Shown here: positions 11,074-18,910 of the stretch, one piece after another
Numbering within the stretch: position 1 is the stretch's first letter
Layout: every line of letters begins with the position of its first letter
Source: Archangiaceae bacterium
Lineage (GTDB): Bacteria > Myxococcota > Myxococcia > Myxococcales > Myxococcaceae
DNA length: 23,108 bases
Assembly: GCA_043750125.1 (NCBI GenBank)
Contig: JAYVCD010000135.1
Span: 1 to 23,108 of the forward strand
Direction: 5' to 3'
The notes under the pieces: model-generated
Told to the model about the DNA's origin: nothing
Seen by the model: the letters and a program-made list of their open reading frames with translations, nothing else
The model's database searches: none
Program-made: the position numbers and the translations under genes

Positions 11074-12741
11074 TCAGCGCCAGGACATCGCGGGCCAACC
11101 TGCGTCCTGCTCGTAGACCCCGCCGTCGGCCTTGAAGCTGTTCCAGGCGGGAGTCCCGCTGGCGGTGTTTTGCTCGAGGTAGGTACTCGCGAAGACCGAC
11201 GTGCCCGCTGCGCCCACCTGCCGCGCGTAGGCGATGCGGGCCTTGATCCGGTCGGGCTTGACGAAGCTGCTGTCGAGCGCGTGCATCCCCGCGACGATGT
11301 GACGACCGTTGCTGCCGGCCATGAAGCCGTCGAGCAGCTTCGCCCAGTCGGTGCAGCCACTGCCGATGTCCCAGTAGATCATCGGGGTGAGCGCATCGAT
11401 CTTCCCGTCTTTGAGCCACCCGATGCTGTCCTGGAAATAGTTGCCGTACCCCTGGCTGGTGTTGCAGCCGGGCAGCGGCTTGTAGATTCCCCAGACGCTG
11501 GCCGAGAGCACGGCCTTGGGCCGGAGTAGCTTCATCGCCGCGTAGATGTCGCCGACGGTCAGGCTCACGTTGCTGCGCTGCCAGTCTTCGCGGGTCGCCT
11601 TCGGAGTCGCAAGCCCTGCGTAGGCGGCGTTCGAGGCCGGGTCGAACGAGTACGTCTGTCCGGGGTAGCGCACCCGATCGAGGTGAAGGCCATCGACGTC
11701 GTATTTCTGCAGCAGCTCGGTGGCGACGGCGAGCACGTGGGAACGGACCTGGGGGTCGCCGGCAGAAAACCAGTAGTACTCAGAGTCGATGCTCTTTCCG
11801 GCGGCGTTGACTGCCATCGCCTCGGGGTGCTGACGCAGGAAGTGGTCTGGAGCGCCGGCGAAGCTCGCCTCGGGCAGGACGCAGGAGTCGGTCAGCCCCT
11901 GGGTCGGCTGACAGGTGCAGCCTCCGGAGGTCGAGCAGCCCACGGGCACGGGCCACGCGGCGTGGACGTTCCAGTAGGCGTGAAGCTGAATGCCTTTGAG
12001 GTGGGCTTCATCGATTGCCGTCTGCAGCGGGTCCCAGCCGGGATCTTTTCCGAGGACGCCGGACAGCTTCTTCGCCCAGGGGACGAGCGTCGATTTGTAG
12101 TAGGCGTCGCCGTTGCCGCGAATCTGAAAGTAGACGACGTTGAAGCCCGCAGCGGCCGCGCGGTCGATGATTGCTTTGACTTCGGTGGCGGTGTTCCAGG
12201 CGAAGCGGGTGACCCAGACGGCCCGCACTTCGAAAGCTGGGGTGAGGACTCCTGCATCGTTGCTCGTCGCGCCGCTGACCGTCACGGTGAGGGCGTTCGA
12301 AGTGAAGGTGCCGGTTTTGGCAGTCACGCTCGTCGAGCCCGTGGCCAACGCGGTGAGGCTGACCAGGTTGTCGGCCGCGCTGGTCACCATGACCTCGACG
12401 ATTCCGGACGGCGCTGAAACCCACTGCACGCTGCCTGAGACGTCAGCATTGGTCCCGTCGTCGAAGATCGCTCGAGCGGTGGGGCCCGAGACGCCGCCGA
12501 CCTTCAAGCTGAGCATCGTGGGGGTGACGCTGATCGAAGTGATTCGGCGAATTCTGCTGCTGCCGCCGCCGCCGCCGCCGCTTCCGCCGCCCGATCCACT
12601 ACCGCCGCCGCCCCCTGCGGTTCCACCTCCATCGCCTCCGCCGGATCCTCCGCCGTCTGCGCCGGCGTCGGAGGTGATCGTGACCGGACCGCAAGCCGAG
12701 CACACCAAGAGTGACGAGAGGACGAAGAGCTGACGGAACAT
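11074..12741 (-). CDS. Lipoprotein with Gly-rich tether, Ig-like (Big_2) domain and GHL10/DUF187 (YddW/DigH-like) glycoside hydrolase domain
   Basis: Signal/lipobox MFRQLFVLSSLLVCSAC; SISVTP...FDDGT..DVS..VQW.S Ig-like pattern; EVRAVWV, GFNVVYFQIRGNGDAYYKS, PGWDPL...IDEAH..GIQLHAY, YDVDGLHLD..RYP. ATG 12741 follows an AGGA RBS. Confidence 0.85.
   Translation of the reverse strand: MFRQLFVLSSLLVCSACGPVTITSDAGADGGGSGGGDGGGTAGGGGGSGSGGGSGGGGGGSSRIRRITSISVTPTMLSLKVGGVSGPTARAIFDDGTNADVSGSVQWVSAPSGIVEVMVTSAADNLVSLTALATGSTSVTAKTGTFTSNALTVTVSGATSNDAGVLTPAFEVRAVWVTRFAWNTATEVKAIIDRAAAAGFNVVYFQIRGNGDAYYKSTLVPWAKKLSGVLGKDPGWDPLQTAIDEAHLKGIQLHAYWNVHAAWPVPVGCSTSGGCTCQPTQGLTDSCVLPEASFAGAPDHFLRQHPEAMAVNAAGKSIDSEYYWFSAGDPQVRSHVLAVATELLQKYDVDGLHLDRVRYPGQTYSFDPASNAAYAGLATPKATREDWQRSNVSLTVGDIYAAMKLLRPKAVLSASVWGIYKPLPGCNTSQGYGNYFQDSIGWLKDGKIDALTPMIYWDIGSGCTDWAKLLDGFMAGSNGRHIVAGMHALDSSFVKPDRIKARIAYARQVGAAGTSVFASTYLEQNTASGTPAWNSFKADGGVYEQDAGWPAMSWR
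12556..12669 (-). repeat. Low-complexity Gly/Ser linker-encoding tract
   Basis: (CCG)n-rich sequence encoding DAGADGGGSGGGDGGGTAGGGGGSGSGGGSGGGGGGSS. Confidence 0.8.
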
Positions 12742-12755
12742 GGATTCCTGTTGAA

Positions 12756-12783
12756 GAGTGCCCCACCCCTTAAGCGGGCACTC
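12756..12783 (-). other. Stem-loop immediately upstream of the GHL10 lipoprotein RBS (weak terminator or 5' stabiliser)
   Basis: Perfect 8-bp inverted repeat GAGTGCCC / GGGCACTC, 12-nt loop, followed on the minus strand by TTCAACAGGAATCCATG. Confidence 0.5.
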
Positions 12784-12854
12784 GCTGAGTCGTGAGTAGG
12801 TTGAATGAGGCGAACGAGGCAACGCCGACGGACGAGATCGTCACCTTCACGCCT

Positions 12855-13328
12855 CTAGTTGACGGCGGGCCCATCGCCCCCGGACCAGGGAAGCTGGGTG
12901 AGCCGGGACATCCCGGTGCAGGTCGCGCAGACCACTCCCTTGTCGTCGAGGATTTGAGCCGAGGCGAACAGCAGCACGTCACCGGCGCGGTCGACTTTCG
13001 AGCGGGCGACGAGTCTTTGACCTCGCACGGCGCGCATGAAGTTGATCGACAGCTGAACGGTGGCGCTGCGGCGGGTGGGGTCGATCAGCGCGGGGGTGCA
13101 GCCAATCGCGAGATCAAAGATGGCAGCCAGAACTCCACCGTTGATCGCGTCGGTGCCCAGGCCGCCCCGCTGCTCGGGTTTGATTTCGTCGATCACCACT
13201 TCGACCGTGTCCGCGTCGGGGAAGGACAGCTTCACGCCGAAGTATTTGAGGGTCGCACTGGCGTTGAAGGTTTCGGCGTACCGGTTGAGTTGGTCGATCG
13301 TCGGTCGGGACTTGGGCGGGGTGGGCAT
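12855..13328 (-). CDS. PaaI-family (hotdog fold) thioesterase
   Basis: AINGGVLAAIFDLAIG, ATVQLSINFMR; 157 aa. Confidence 0.88.
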   Translation of the reverse strand: MPTPPKSRPTIDQLNRYAETFNASATLKYFGVKLSFPDADTVEVVIDEIKPEQRGGLGTDAINGGVLAAIFDLAIGCTPALIDPTRRSATVQLSINFMRAVRGQRLVARSKVDRAGDVLLFASAQILDDKGVVCATCTGMSRLTQLPWSGGDGPAVN

Positions 13329-13495
13329 CGGCGCGGCACTCTAGCTTCAGCAAGGTCGCAGACCGCGAGCGGATCAAACGTCGAGTCCACCTCGCTGTTC
13401 TTGAGTGGTGCCTGGCGGTATGGGTGCCCGCGATTCCAAGCAGTACCCATCGAGGCGCGCACGGTGATGGGCAGCACCCGCACCAAGTACCCCAC

Positions 13496-14089
13496 TCAGG
13501 GAAGCTGGACGCTCTGCTTCGAGTTGACCAGGTCGCGAATGCGAGTCGCCGCAGCGTCGGTGTTCTTGACGAAGATCCCCGCGGGATTGTGCGATCGAAT
13601 TGGAACGGGCGTCCCGTCGTGGTCGAAGGCAGTCGCGACCCCGTAGAGATCGCCCGCGCTCGCTCCACCGTCGGTGACGACCACCGCACCGGAGCGAGCA
13701 AGCGCTGCGTCAGTCAGCAGGTTGCTCTGTTGTGAAACTGTGAGCTGGCCCCCGTCGTAGCTGAAGGTCGGCGGGCAGCAGACCCGTTCTGCGGTGGTGT
13801 ACACGCCGGTCTCGAGAATCGTTATCTGGCTGCCGAAGATCTGATTGCCCCAGAACGAGCTCACCAAGACGCCTCCGTCGCGCGCGCTGGCTCCTCCGCC
13901 GCCGGAGCCGCCGGAGCCGCCAGAGCCGCCGGAGCCGCCAGAGCCGCCAGAGCCGCCGGAGCCGCCAGAGCCGCCAGAGCCGCCGCCGCCGCCAGTGCCA
14001 GTGCCGCCGCCCGTTCCGCCATCGGAAGGGCCCGGAACCCCGCATCCCACCGCTGCGCACGCTACTGCCATCAAAGCGAATCGAATCAT
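13496..14089 (-). CDS. Hypothetical lipoprotein with (GGS)n tether
   Basis: MIRFALMAVACAAVGC lipobox; GGGAGG RBS before ATG 14089; Gly/Ser linker followed by a ~130-aa domain I do not recognise. Confidence 0.75.
   Translation of the reverse strand: MIRFALMAVACAAVGCGVPGPSDGGTGGGTGTGGGGGSGGSGGSGGSGGSGGSGGSGGSGGSGGGGASARDGGVLVSSFWGNQIFGSQITILETGVYTTAERVCCPPTFSYDGGQLTVSQQSNLLTDAALARSGAVVVTDGGASAGDLYGVATAFDHDGTPVPIRSHNPAGIFVKNTDAAATRIRDLVNSKQSVQLP
13904..13984. repeat. 9-bp tandem repeat, 9 copies (RGAGCCGCC), encoding (GGS)9 on the minus strand
   Basis: GGAGCCGCC/AGAGCCGCC units counted directly. Confidence 0.92.
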
Positions 14090-14118
14090 CGAGCCCTCCC
14101 TGGGCGCGCGACCCATTC

Positions 14119-14133
14119 GCAAAGACCGCGCCA
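14119..14133 (-). promoter_or_regulatory. Sigma-54 (-24/-12) promoter for the (GGS)n lipoprotein gene
   Basis: Minus strand reads TGGCGC-GGTCT-TTGC, matching TGGCAC-N5-TTGC with exact GG-N10-GC spacing, 30 bp upstream of the start codon. Confidence 0.7.
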
Positions 14134-14343
14134 TTGATTTGGAGGCTGCAATGACATCCCCGCCGGTGCCTCAACCCGACGCAGGCTTCATAGCAACGAC
14201 GAAAAACTGTGCGAAACGCCGCTGAGGCCCAGACCCTTCCCGGCCTGGGAACCGCGATGCCGGCCCTTCAGGGCAGGAGACTCAGGTCTGGGCCACGACC
14301 CACCTCGCCGTGCGGCCCGCGATACCTCCCCGTCGCCAAAGCC

Positions 14344-15354
14344 TCACGATACGTCCTGCGCCCCGTGAGAAACCCGCTCGTAGATCTGCGCGATCGCTGA
14401 GGCCTCGCGCTCGATCCCGAAGCGGGATCGGGCTTCTTCCGCTGCGGCCAACCCCACATCAATCGCTCGATTGGGGTTCGCCATCAGCATCTTCAAGATC
14501 TCGCGCAGCCCGTTCACATCGCGCGGCTCGTACAGAAACCCGGTTCGGCCATGCTCGATCAGCCCGGGGGTATGGAACAGCCGCGTCGACACCACGCAGC
14601 AGCCAGCCGCCATTCCTTCGATCAACGTCAGGCCGAACGATTCGCCGTGGGACGGATTCACCAGCACGCTCAAGCCCTGGTACCAGGGGACGATCTGCGT
14701 CTGTTCGCCCGGAAGCAGCAGCGCCCCGCCGGCAGTCGCGTTCAAGGTGTCGAGCCACGCGCGGTCTGCCCGGCCCACCAACACTGCGCGCCACTGCGGC
14801 GACTGCGCCAACAACGGGCCGACCGCTTCGACGAAGTCCTGCTGGCCCTTGTTGGGGCGAATGCGTCCGACGACGCCGATTCCGAGCTGCCCTCCGAGCC
14901 CGAGCCTGGCCCAGGCGGCGGCTCTTGAATCCTCCGGGGGCTTGAAGCGGGCCAGGTCCACTCCGTGGGCGACCACAGTCGAGACAGCGCGCATCCACCC
15001 TGCGTTCTGCGCATTGAGGGTAATCAGCGCGTCCGCCCGCCTCGCGATCAACCGGGTGAAGGCCGACGGTGGGTAGCTGCCATGCCGGGTGAAGACCACC
15101 TTCAACTTCGGACGAAACAACTTCAGCAGCAGACCCAGCAGCAGCTCGTTGTTCCGATGAGCGTGCCACACCACCGGCTCGTGGCGGGAGCGTCGCCACA
15201 CCTCACTGAGCACCGAGCGCGGAAGCGCGTCCGGGAGCAAGCGCCCGATTCCCTTCACCTCGGCGTGCGGCTGCAGCGCGGGGATGATCGCCGCGGTGTG
15301 GGTGGTGACGCCGGTGTGGCGGTGATGAAAGTGGGGGTGAACGACGAGCAACAC
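14344..15354 (-). CDS. GT4 glycosyltransferase, LpcC/LpsB/WadC-like (LPS core sugar transferase)
   Basis: HPHFHHRHTGVT N-terminus, WHAHRNNE, HGVDL.RF.P, VGRIRPNKGQ, ESFGLTLIEGMAAG (EX7E). Confidence 0.85.
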   Translation of the reverse strand: MLLVVHPHFHHRHTGVTTHTAAIIPALQPHAEVKGIGRLLPDALPRSVLSEVWRRSRHEPVVWHAHRNNELLLGLLLKLFRPKLKVVFTRHGSYPPSAFTRLIARRADALITLNAQNAGWMRAVSTVVAHGVDLARFKPPEDSRAAAWARLGLGGQLGIGVVGRIRPNKGQQDFVEAVGPLLAQSPQWRAVLVGRADRAWLDTLNATAGGALLLPGEQTQIVPWYQGLSVLVNPSHGESFGLTLIEGMAAGCCVVSTRLFHTPGLIEHGRTGFLYEPRDVNGLREILKMLMANPNRAIDVGLAAAEEARSRFGIEREASAIAQIYERVSHGAQDVS

Positions 15355-15360
15355 GCTTTC

Positions 15361-15366
15361 ATTCTA
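15361..15366 (-). promoter_or_regulatory. Candidate -10 box giving a leaderless GT4 transcript
   Basis: TAGAAT followed by 6 nt and then the GTG start (15354); no Shine-Dalgarno sequence. Confidence 0.5.
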
Positions 15367-15393
15367 GCGGTCACTGACGCATATGCAGTGCTC

Positions 15394-17667
15394 GTGAGTG
15401 ACCTGCTCGAAAACCTCAATCCTCCTCAAAAGCAGGGGGTGCTGCACGAGTCGGGGCCGATGCTCGTCCTGGCCGGCGCGGGCTCGGGCAAGACGCGGGT
15501 CATCACCCACCGCATCGCGCACCTGGTCAGCGTGCGGGGCCTCGAGCCGTGGCGGGTGCTGGCGGTCACTTTCACCAACAAGGCGGCGCGCGAGATGCGC
15601 AACCGGTTGGACGTGCTGTTGGGCCCCGATGCCGCGCGGCTGACGGTCTCGACGTTTCACTCGGCCGCCTCGATGATCTTGCGGCGCGAATCAGAGGCCG
15701 CGGGGCTGAGCCGCAACTTCGTCATCTACGACGACTCGGATCAGATTTCGCTGGTGAAGAGGTCGATTCGCGAAGCGGGCATCGAGCCGTCGGCCGTCAA
15801 CCCCCGCGAGATGCTCTCTCGCATCGACGCCGAGAAGAACGCCGGGCGAATGCCGGACCAGATGAAGCCGGGCGATGACCTCAAGTCGCAGCTCGCGCAG
15901 AAGGTCTACGGGCACTACCAGCGGCTGCTGCGCGCGGCGAACGCGGTCGACTTCGGAGACCTGCTGCTGCTGCTCGTCGACATGCTGCGCAAGCACCCCG
16001 AGGTCCGCAACAAGTACCAGCGGCGCTTCACCCACGTGCTGGTCGACGAATTTCAAGACACCAACCCGGTGCAGTACGAGCTGCTCAAGCTGCTGGCTCC
16101 TCCCGGGTCGAACGTGGTGGTGGTCGGCGACGACGATCAAAGCATCTACCGGTGGCGCGGCGCCGACGTGGACAACATTCTCGGGTTCCCGAAGGAATAC
16201 CCGGGCTGCGTCGTGGTGAAGCTCGAGCAGAACTACCGGTCTGACCAGCGGATCCTCGAGGCGGCCTACGCGATCATCTCGAAGAACCGACGCCGAATGG
16301 ACAAGAAGCTGTGGAGCGCGCGCGGGGTCGGCGAGCCACTGGGCTTGATGATTCATCGCGACGAACGGCAGGAAGCGCAGGAAGTCGCGCGCACCCTTCA
16401 CGCGCTGAAGAATCAGGGCGTCACCCACTACGAGCAGATGGCGGTCTTCTTCCGCACCAATGCCCAGAGCCGGATTCTGGAAGAGACCTTTCGGCTCTCT
16501 CGGGTGCCGTACACGCTGGTCTCGGGGCGCAGCTTTTATGACCGCGCCGAAATTCGCGATGCGTCCAGCTACCTGCGGCTGATGGTCAACCCGAAGTCCG
16601 ACGCCGATGTGCTGCGGGTGATCAACACCCCCGCGCGGGGCATCGGCGATACCACCGTCGAACGGATTTCAGACTGGGCGGCCGCCGGGGGCCTGTCGAT
16701 CTTCGAAGCGCTCGAATGGCCCGAGCGGATCGAACGGCTCAACTCGGGGGCGGTGAAGCGGTTGATCAGCTTTCGCCAGCTGCTCGACAAGCTGGTGAAA
16801 TTCGCGGCCGAGGCGACCGACGCCACGTCCGCGACGGACTTCATGCTGCGCGAGACTGCGCTCGTCGCCTCGCAGATGGCGGAAGGAAGTGAAGAGGCGA
16901 TCACCCGTGCGGACAACCTTCGCGAACTCGTCACCGCCACCAAGGAGTTCGACACCCAGCGCGCCGCGCGGCTGGCCTCGACCCCCGCGGCCCAGGTTGA
17001 GGGTGAGCCGCAGCTGGAAGTCGAAGCGCCTCCGCTGCAGGCGTTTCTAGAGCAGGTCAGCCTCGTCGGAGAATCCGATGGCGATGCGGGCGAGGGCAGG
17101 GTGTCGCTGATGACCCTGCACGCGGCGAAGGGCCTCGAGTTCGACGCGGTGTTCATCACCGGAATGGAAGAGGAAATCTTTCCCCACCGACGCGCGACCC
17201 AGCCCGAAGCGTCGGAAGAGGACATGGCCGAGGAACGACGGCTTTGTTACGTCGGCTTCACCCGGGCGCGGCGCCGTCTGTATTGCTCGCTCGCCCAGAG
17301 CCGCACGTTGTTCGGTGAGCTGCGCTTCAATGCGCCGTCGCGCTTTCTGGCCGAGGTTCCCAAAGAGCTGTTCGGGCTGCCTCCTGAGTACAACCCGCCG
17401 GTGGTGGCCAGGCCCGTTCCCTACGGCCGCCGCCGTCAAGGGTACGAGGACACCGGGCCGGCGATCGATCGCAGCTTCGACCAGTCGACCGACTTCCATC
17501 AGGAAAGCGCCAGTGGCGATGTCCGCGGAATGCGGGTGAAGCACGTTCAATTCGGGAACGGGGTGATCATGTCCTCGGTGGGGCAGGGCCCCAACGCGAA
17601 GCTCACCGTGCGTTTCGAGACGGTGGGAACCAAGACGGTGATTGCCCGCTTCCTTCAGCCGGCGTGA
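15394..17667 (+). CDS. uvrD: ATP-dependent DNA helicase UvrD/PcrA
   Basis: LNPPQ, LAGAGSGKTRV, TFTNKAAREM, VDEFQDTN, VGDDDQSIY.WRGA, LEQNYRS, MTLHAAKGLEF, EERRLCYVG.TRA, C-terminal RVKH..FG.G domain. Start set at GTG 15394 (or 15388); the extension to 14965 overlaps GT4. Confidence 0.95.
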   Translation: MSDLLENLNPPQKQGVLHESGPMLVLAGAGSGKTRVITHRIAHLVSVRGLEPWRVLAVTFTNKAAREMRNRLDVLLGPDAARLTVSTFHSAASMILRRESEAAGLSRNFVIYDDSDQISLVKRSIREAGIEPSAVNPREMLSRIDAEKNAGRMPDQMKPGDDLKSQLAQKVYGHYQRLLRAANAVDFGDLLLLLVDMLRKHPEVRNKYQRRFTHVLVDEFQDTNPVQYELLKLLAPPGSNVVVVGDDDQSIYRWRGADVDNILGFPKEYPGCVVVKLEQNYRSDQRILEAAYAIISKNRRRMDKKLWSARGVGEPLGLMIHRDERQEAQEVARTLHALKNQGVTHYEQMAVFFRTNAQSRILEETFRLSRVPYTLVSGRSFYDRAEIRDASSYLRLMVNPKSDADVLRVINTPARGIGDTTVERISDWAAAGGLSIFEALEWPERIERLNSGAVKRLISFRQLLDKLVKFAAEATDATSATDFMLRETALVASQMAEGSEEAITRADNLRELVTATKEFDTQRAARLASTPAAQVEGEPQLEVEAPPLQAFLEQVSLVGESDGDAGEGRVSLMTLHAAKGLEFDAVFITGMEEEIFPHRRATQPEASEEDMAEERRLCYVGFTRARRRLYCSLAQSRTLFGELRFNAPSRFLAEVPKELFGLPPEYNPPVVARPVPYGRRRQGYEDTGPAIDRSFDQSTDFHQESASGDVRGMRVKHVQFGNGVIMSSVGQGPNAKLTVRFETVGTKTVIARFLQPA

Positions 17668-17734
17668 GGGCTGTAACCAGCCTGTAGCAGCGTGCCTTTT
17701 TGCGCTCGGGCTTGCAGAGGCCTAGATCTGTTCC

Positions 17735-18910
17735 ATGGCTTCAATTCGAGACGACGAGCTGCCGGATCACACCGGAATTCTTTCCACCTCGCGACGGGCC
17801 ACCGGCGAGGTCCCCGTCGTGCTCGCGGTCCCCACGATTCCGGTCACCGAAGAGCTGCTTCGGGCGCTGCCGAAGACCGACCTTCACTGCCACCTCGACG
17901 GCAGCATGCGGCTGAAGACGATTCTCGAGCTGGCCCAGGAACAGAAGGTGAAGCTCCCGGCCGAAACCGAAGACGGCCTGGCCCGCGCGATTCACATGGG
18001 CGAAGTCTGCAAGAGCCTCGAGGATTACCTGGTCGCGTTCGATGTGACGCTCTCGGTGCTGCAGACCGCCGATGCGCTCTACCGCGCGGCGTACGAGCTG
18101 GCGATGGACGCGGCGAAAGAGAACGTGAAGTACCTCGAGGTCCGGTACTCGCCGGCGCTGCATCAGCACAAGGGCCTGAAGATGACGACGATCGTCGACT
18201 CGGTGCTCGAGGGCCTGCGGGCGGCCAAGCGCGAGGTGGGAATCAAGTGCGGGGTGATCGTCTGCGGCATCCGGCACATGAGCCCGCAGACTTCGGTGCG
18301 GCTGGCCGAGCTGTGCGTCGCGTACAAGAACCGGGGAGTGATCGCCTTCGATCTCGCCGGCGCCGAGCTGAACTTCCCTGCGAAGGATCACAAAGACGCC
18401 TTCCAGCTGATCTTGAAGAACAACGTCAACTGCACTGCGCACGCGGGCGAGGCGTACGGCCCCGAATCGATTTCCCAGGCGATTCATTTTCTCGGAGCCC
18501 ATCGCATCGGCCACGGAACCCGGCTTCGCGAGGACGGAGATCTTCTCAACTACATCAACGACCACCGGATCCCCCTCGAGATTTGCCCGACTTCAAACGT
18601 GCAGACCGGAGCGGTGACGGACCTCAAGTCCCACCCGCTGAAGTTCTATTTCGACTACGGGCTGCGGGTGACAATCAACACCGACAACCGGTTGATCACC
18701 GACACCACCGTCACCCGCGAGTACTGGACGGCGCACCAGGAAATGGGGCTCTCGCTCGAAGACCTGACGACGATCATCGTCTCGGGTTTCAAGAGCGCCT
18801 TCCTCCCGAACCGGCAGAAGCAAGACATGCTCAAGGCGATCAACAACGAGATTGCCACCACGCTGCAGAGCTTCCAGCGAAAGCTCAGCGCGGTGAAGGT
18901 TCCGGCGTAG
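17735..18910 (+). CDS. add: Adenosine deaminase
   Basis: LPKTDLHCHLDGS, YLEVRYSP, HAGEA.G, RIGHG, EICPTSN, INTDN. Confidence 0.92.
   Translation: MASIRDDELPDHTGILSTSRRATGEVPVVLAVPTIPVTEELLRALPKTDLHCHLDGSMRLKTILELAQEQKVKLPAETEDGLARAIHMGEVCKSLEDYLVAFDVTLSVLQTADALYRAAYELAMDAAKENVKYLEVRYSPALHQHKGLKMTTIVDSVLEGLRAAKREVGIKCGVIVCGIRHMSPQTSVRLAELCVAYKNRGVIAFDLAGAELNFPAKDHKDAFQLILKNNVNCTAHAGEAYGPESISQAIHFLGAHRIGHGTRLREDGDLLNYINDHRIPLEICPTSNVQTGAVTDLKSHPLKFYFDYGLRVTINTDNRLITDTTVTREYWTAHQEMGLSLEDLTTIIVSGFKSAFLPNRQKQDMLKAINNEIATTLQSFQRKLSAVKVPA

Noticed and set aside
13409..13418. TGCCTGGCGG matching the start of 5S rRNA
   Set aside because: Similarity stops after 10 nt; no 5S conserved loops.
14221..14294. 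TPP, cobalamin, SRP or hammerhead look-alike motifs (CTGAG, GAACC, CAGGAGAC, CCGGGAAGG)
   Set aside because: Only isolated fragments; invariant cores (UGAGA/CUGAU, AGCAG, CUGANGA+GAAA) are missing.
15372..15390. CACTG-N9-CAGTG dyad before uvrD as an SOS box
   Set aside because: CTG-N9-CAG spacing fits neither the E. coli (N10) nor the described Myxococcus LexA box; may be chance.
14965..15393. N-terminal extensions in the ORF track (uvrD from 14965; also rnj 11360, zwf 20129, aceB 2162, rimO 8351)
   Set aside because: They overlap neighbouring genes or precede the conserved family N-terminus; downstream starts fit better.
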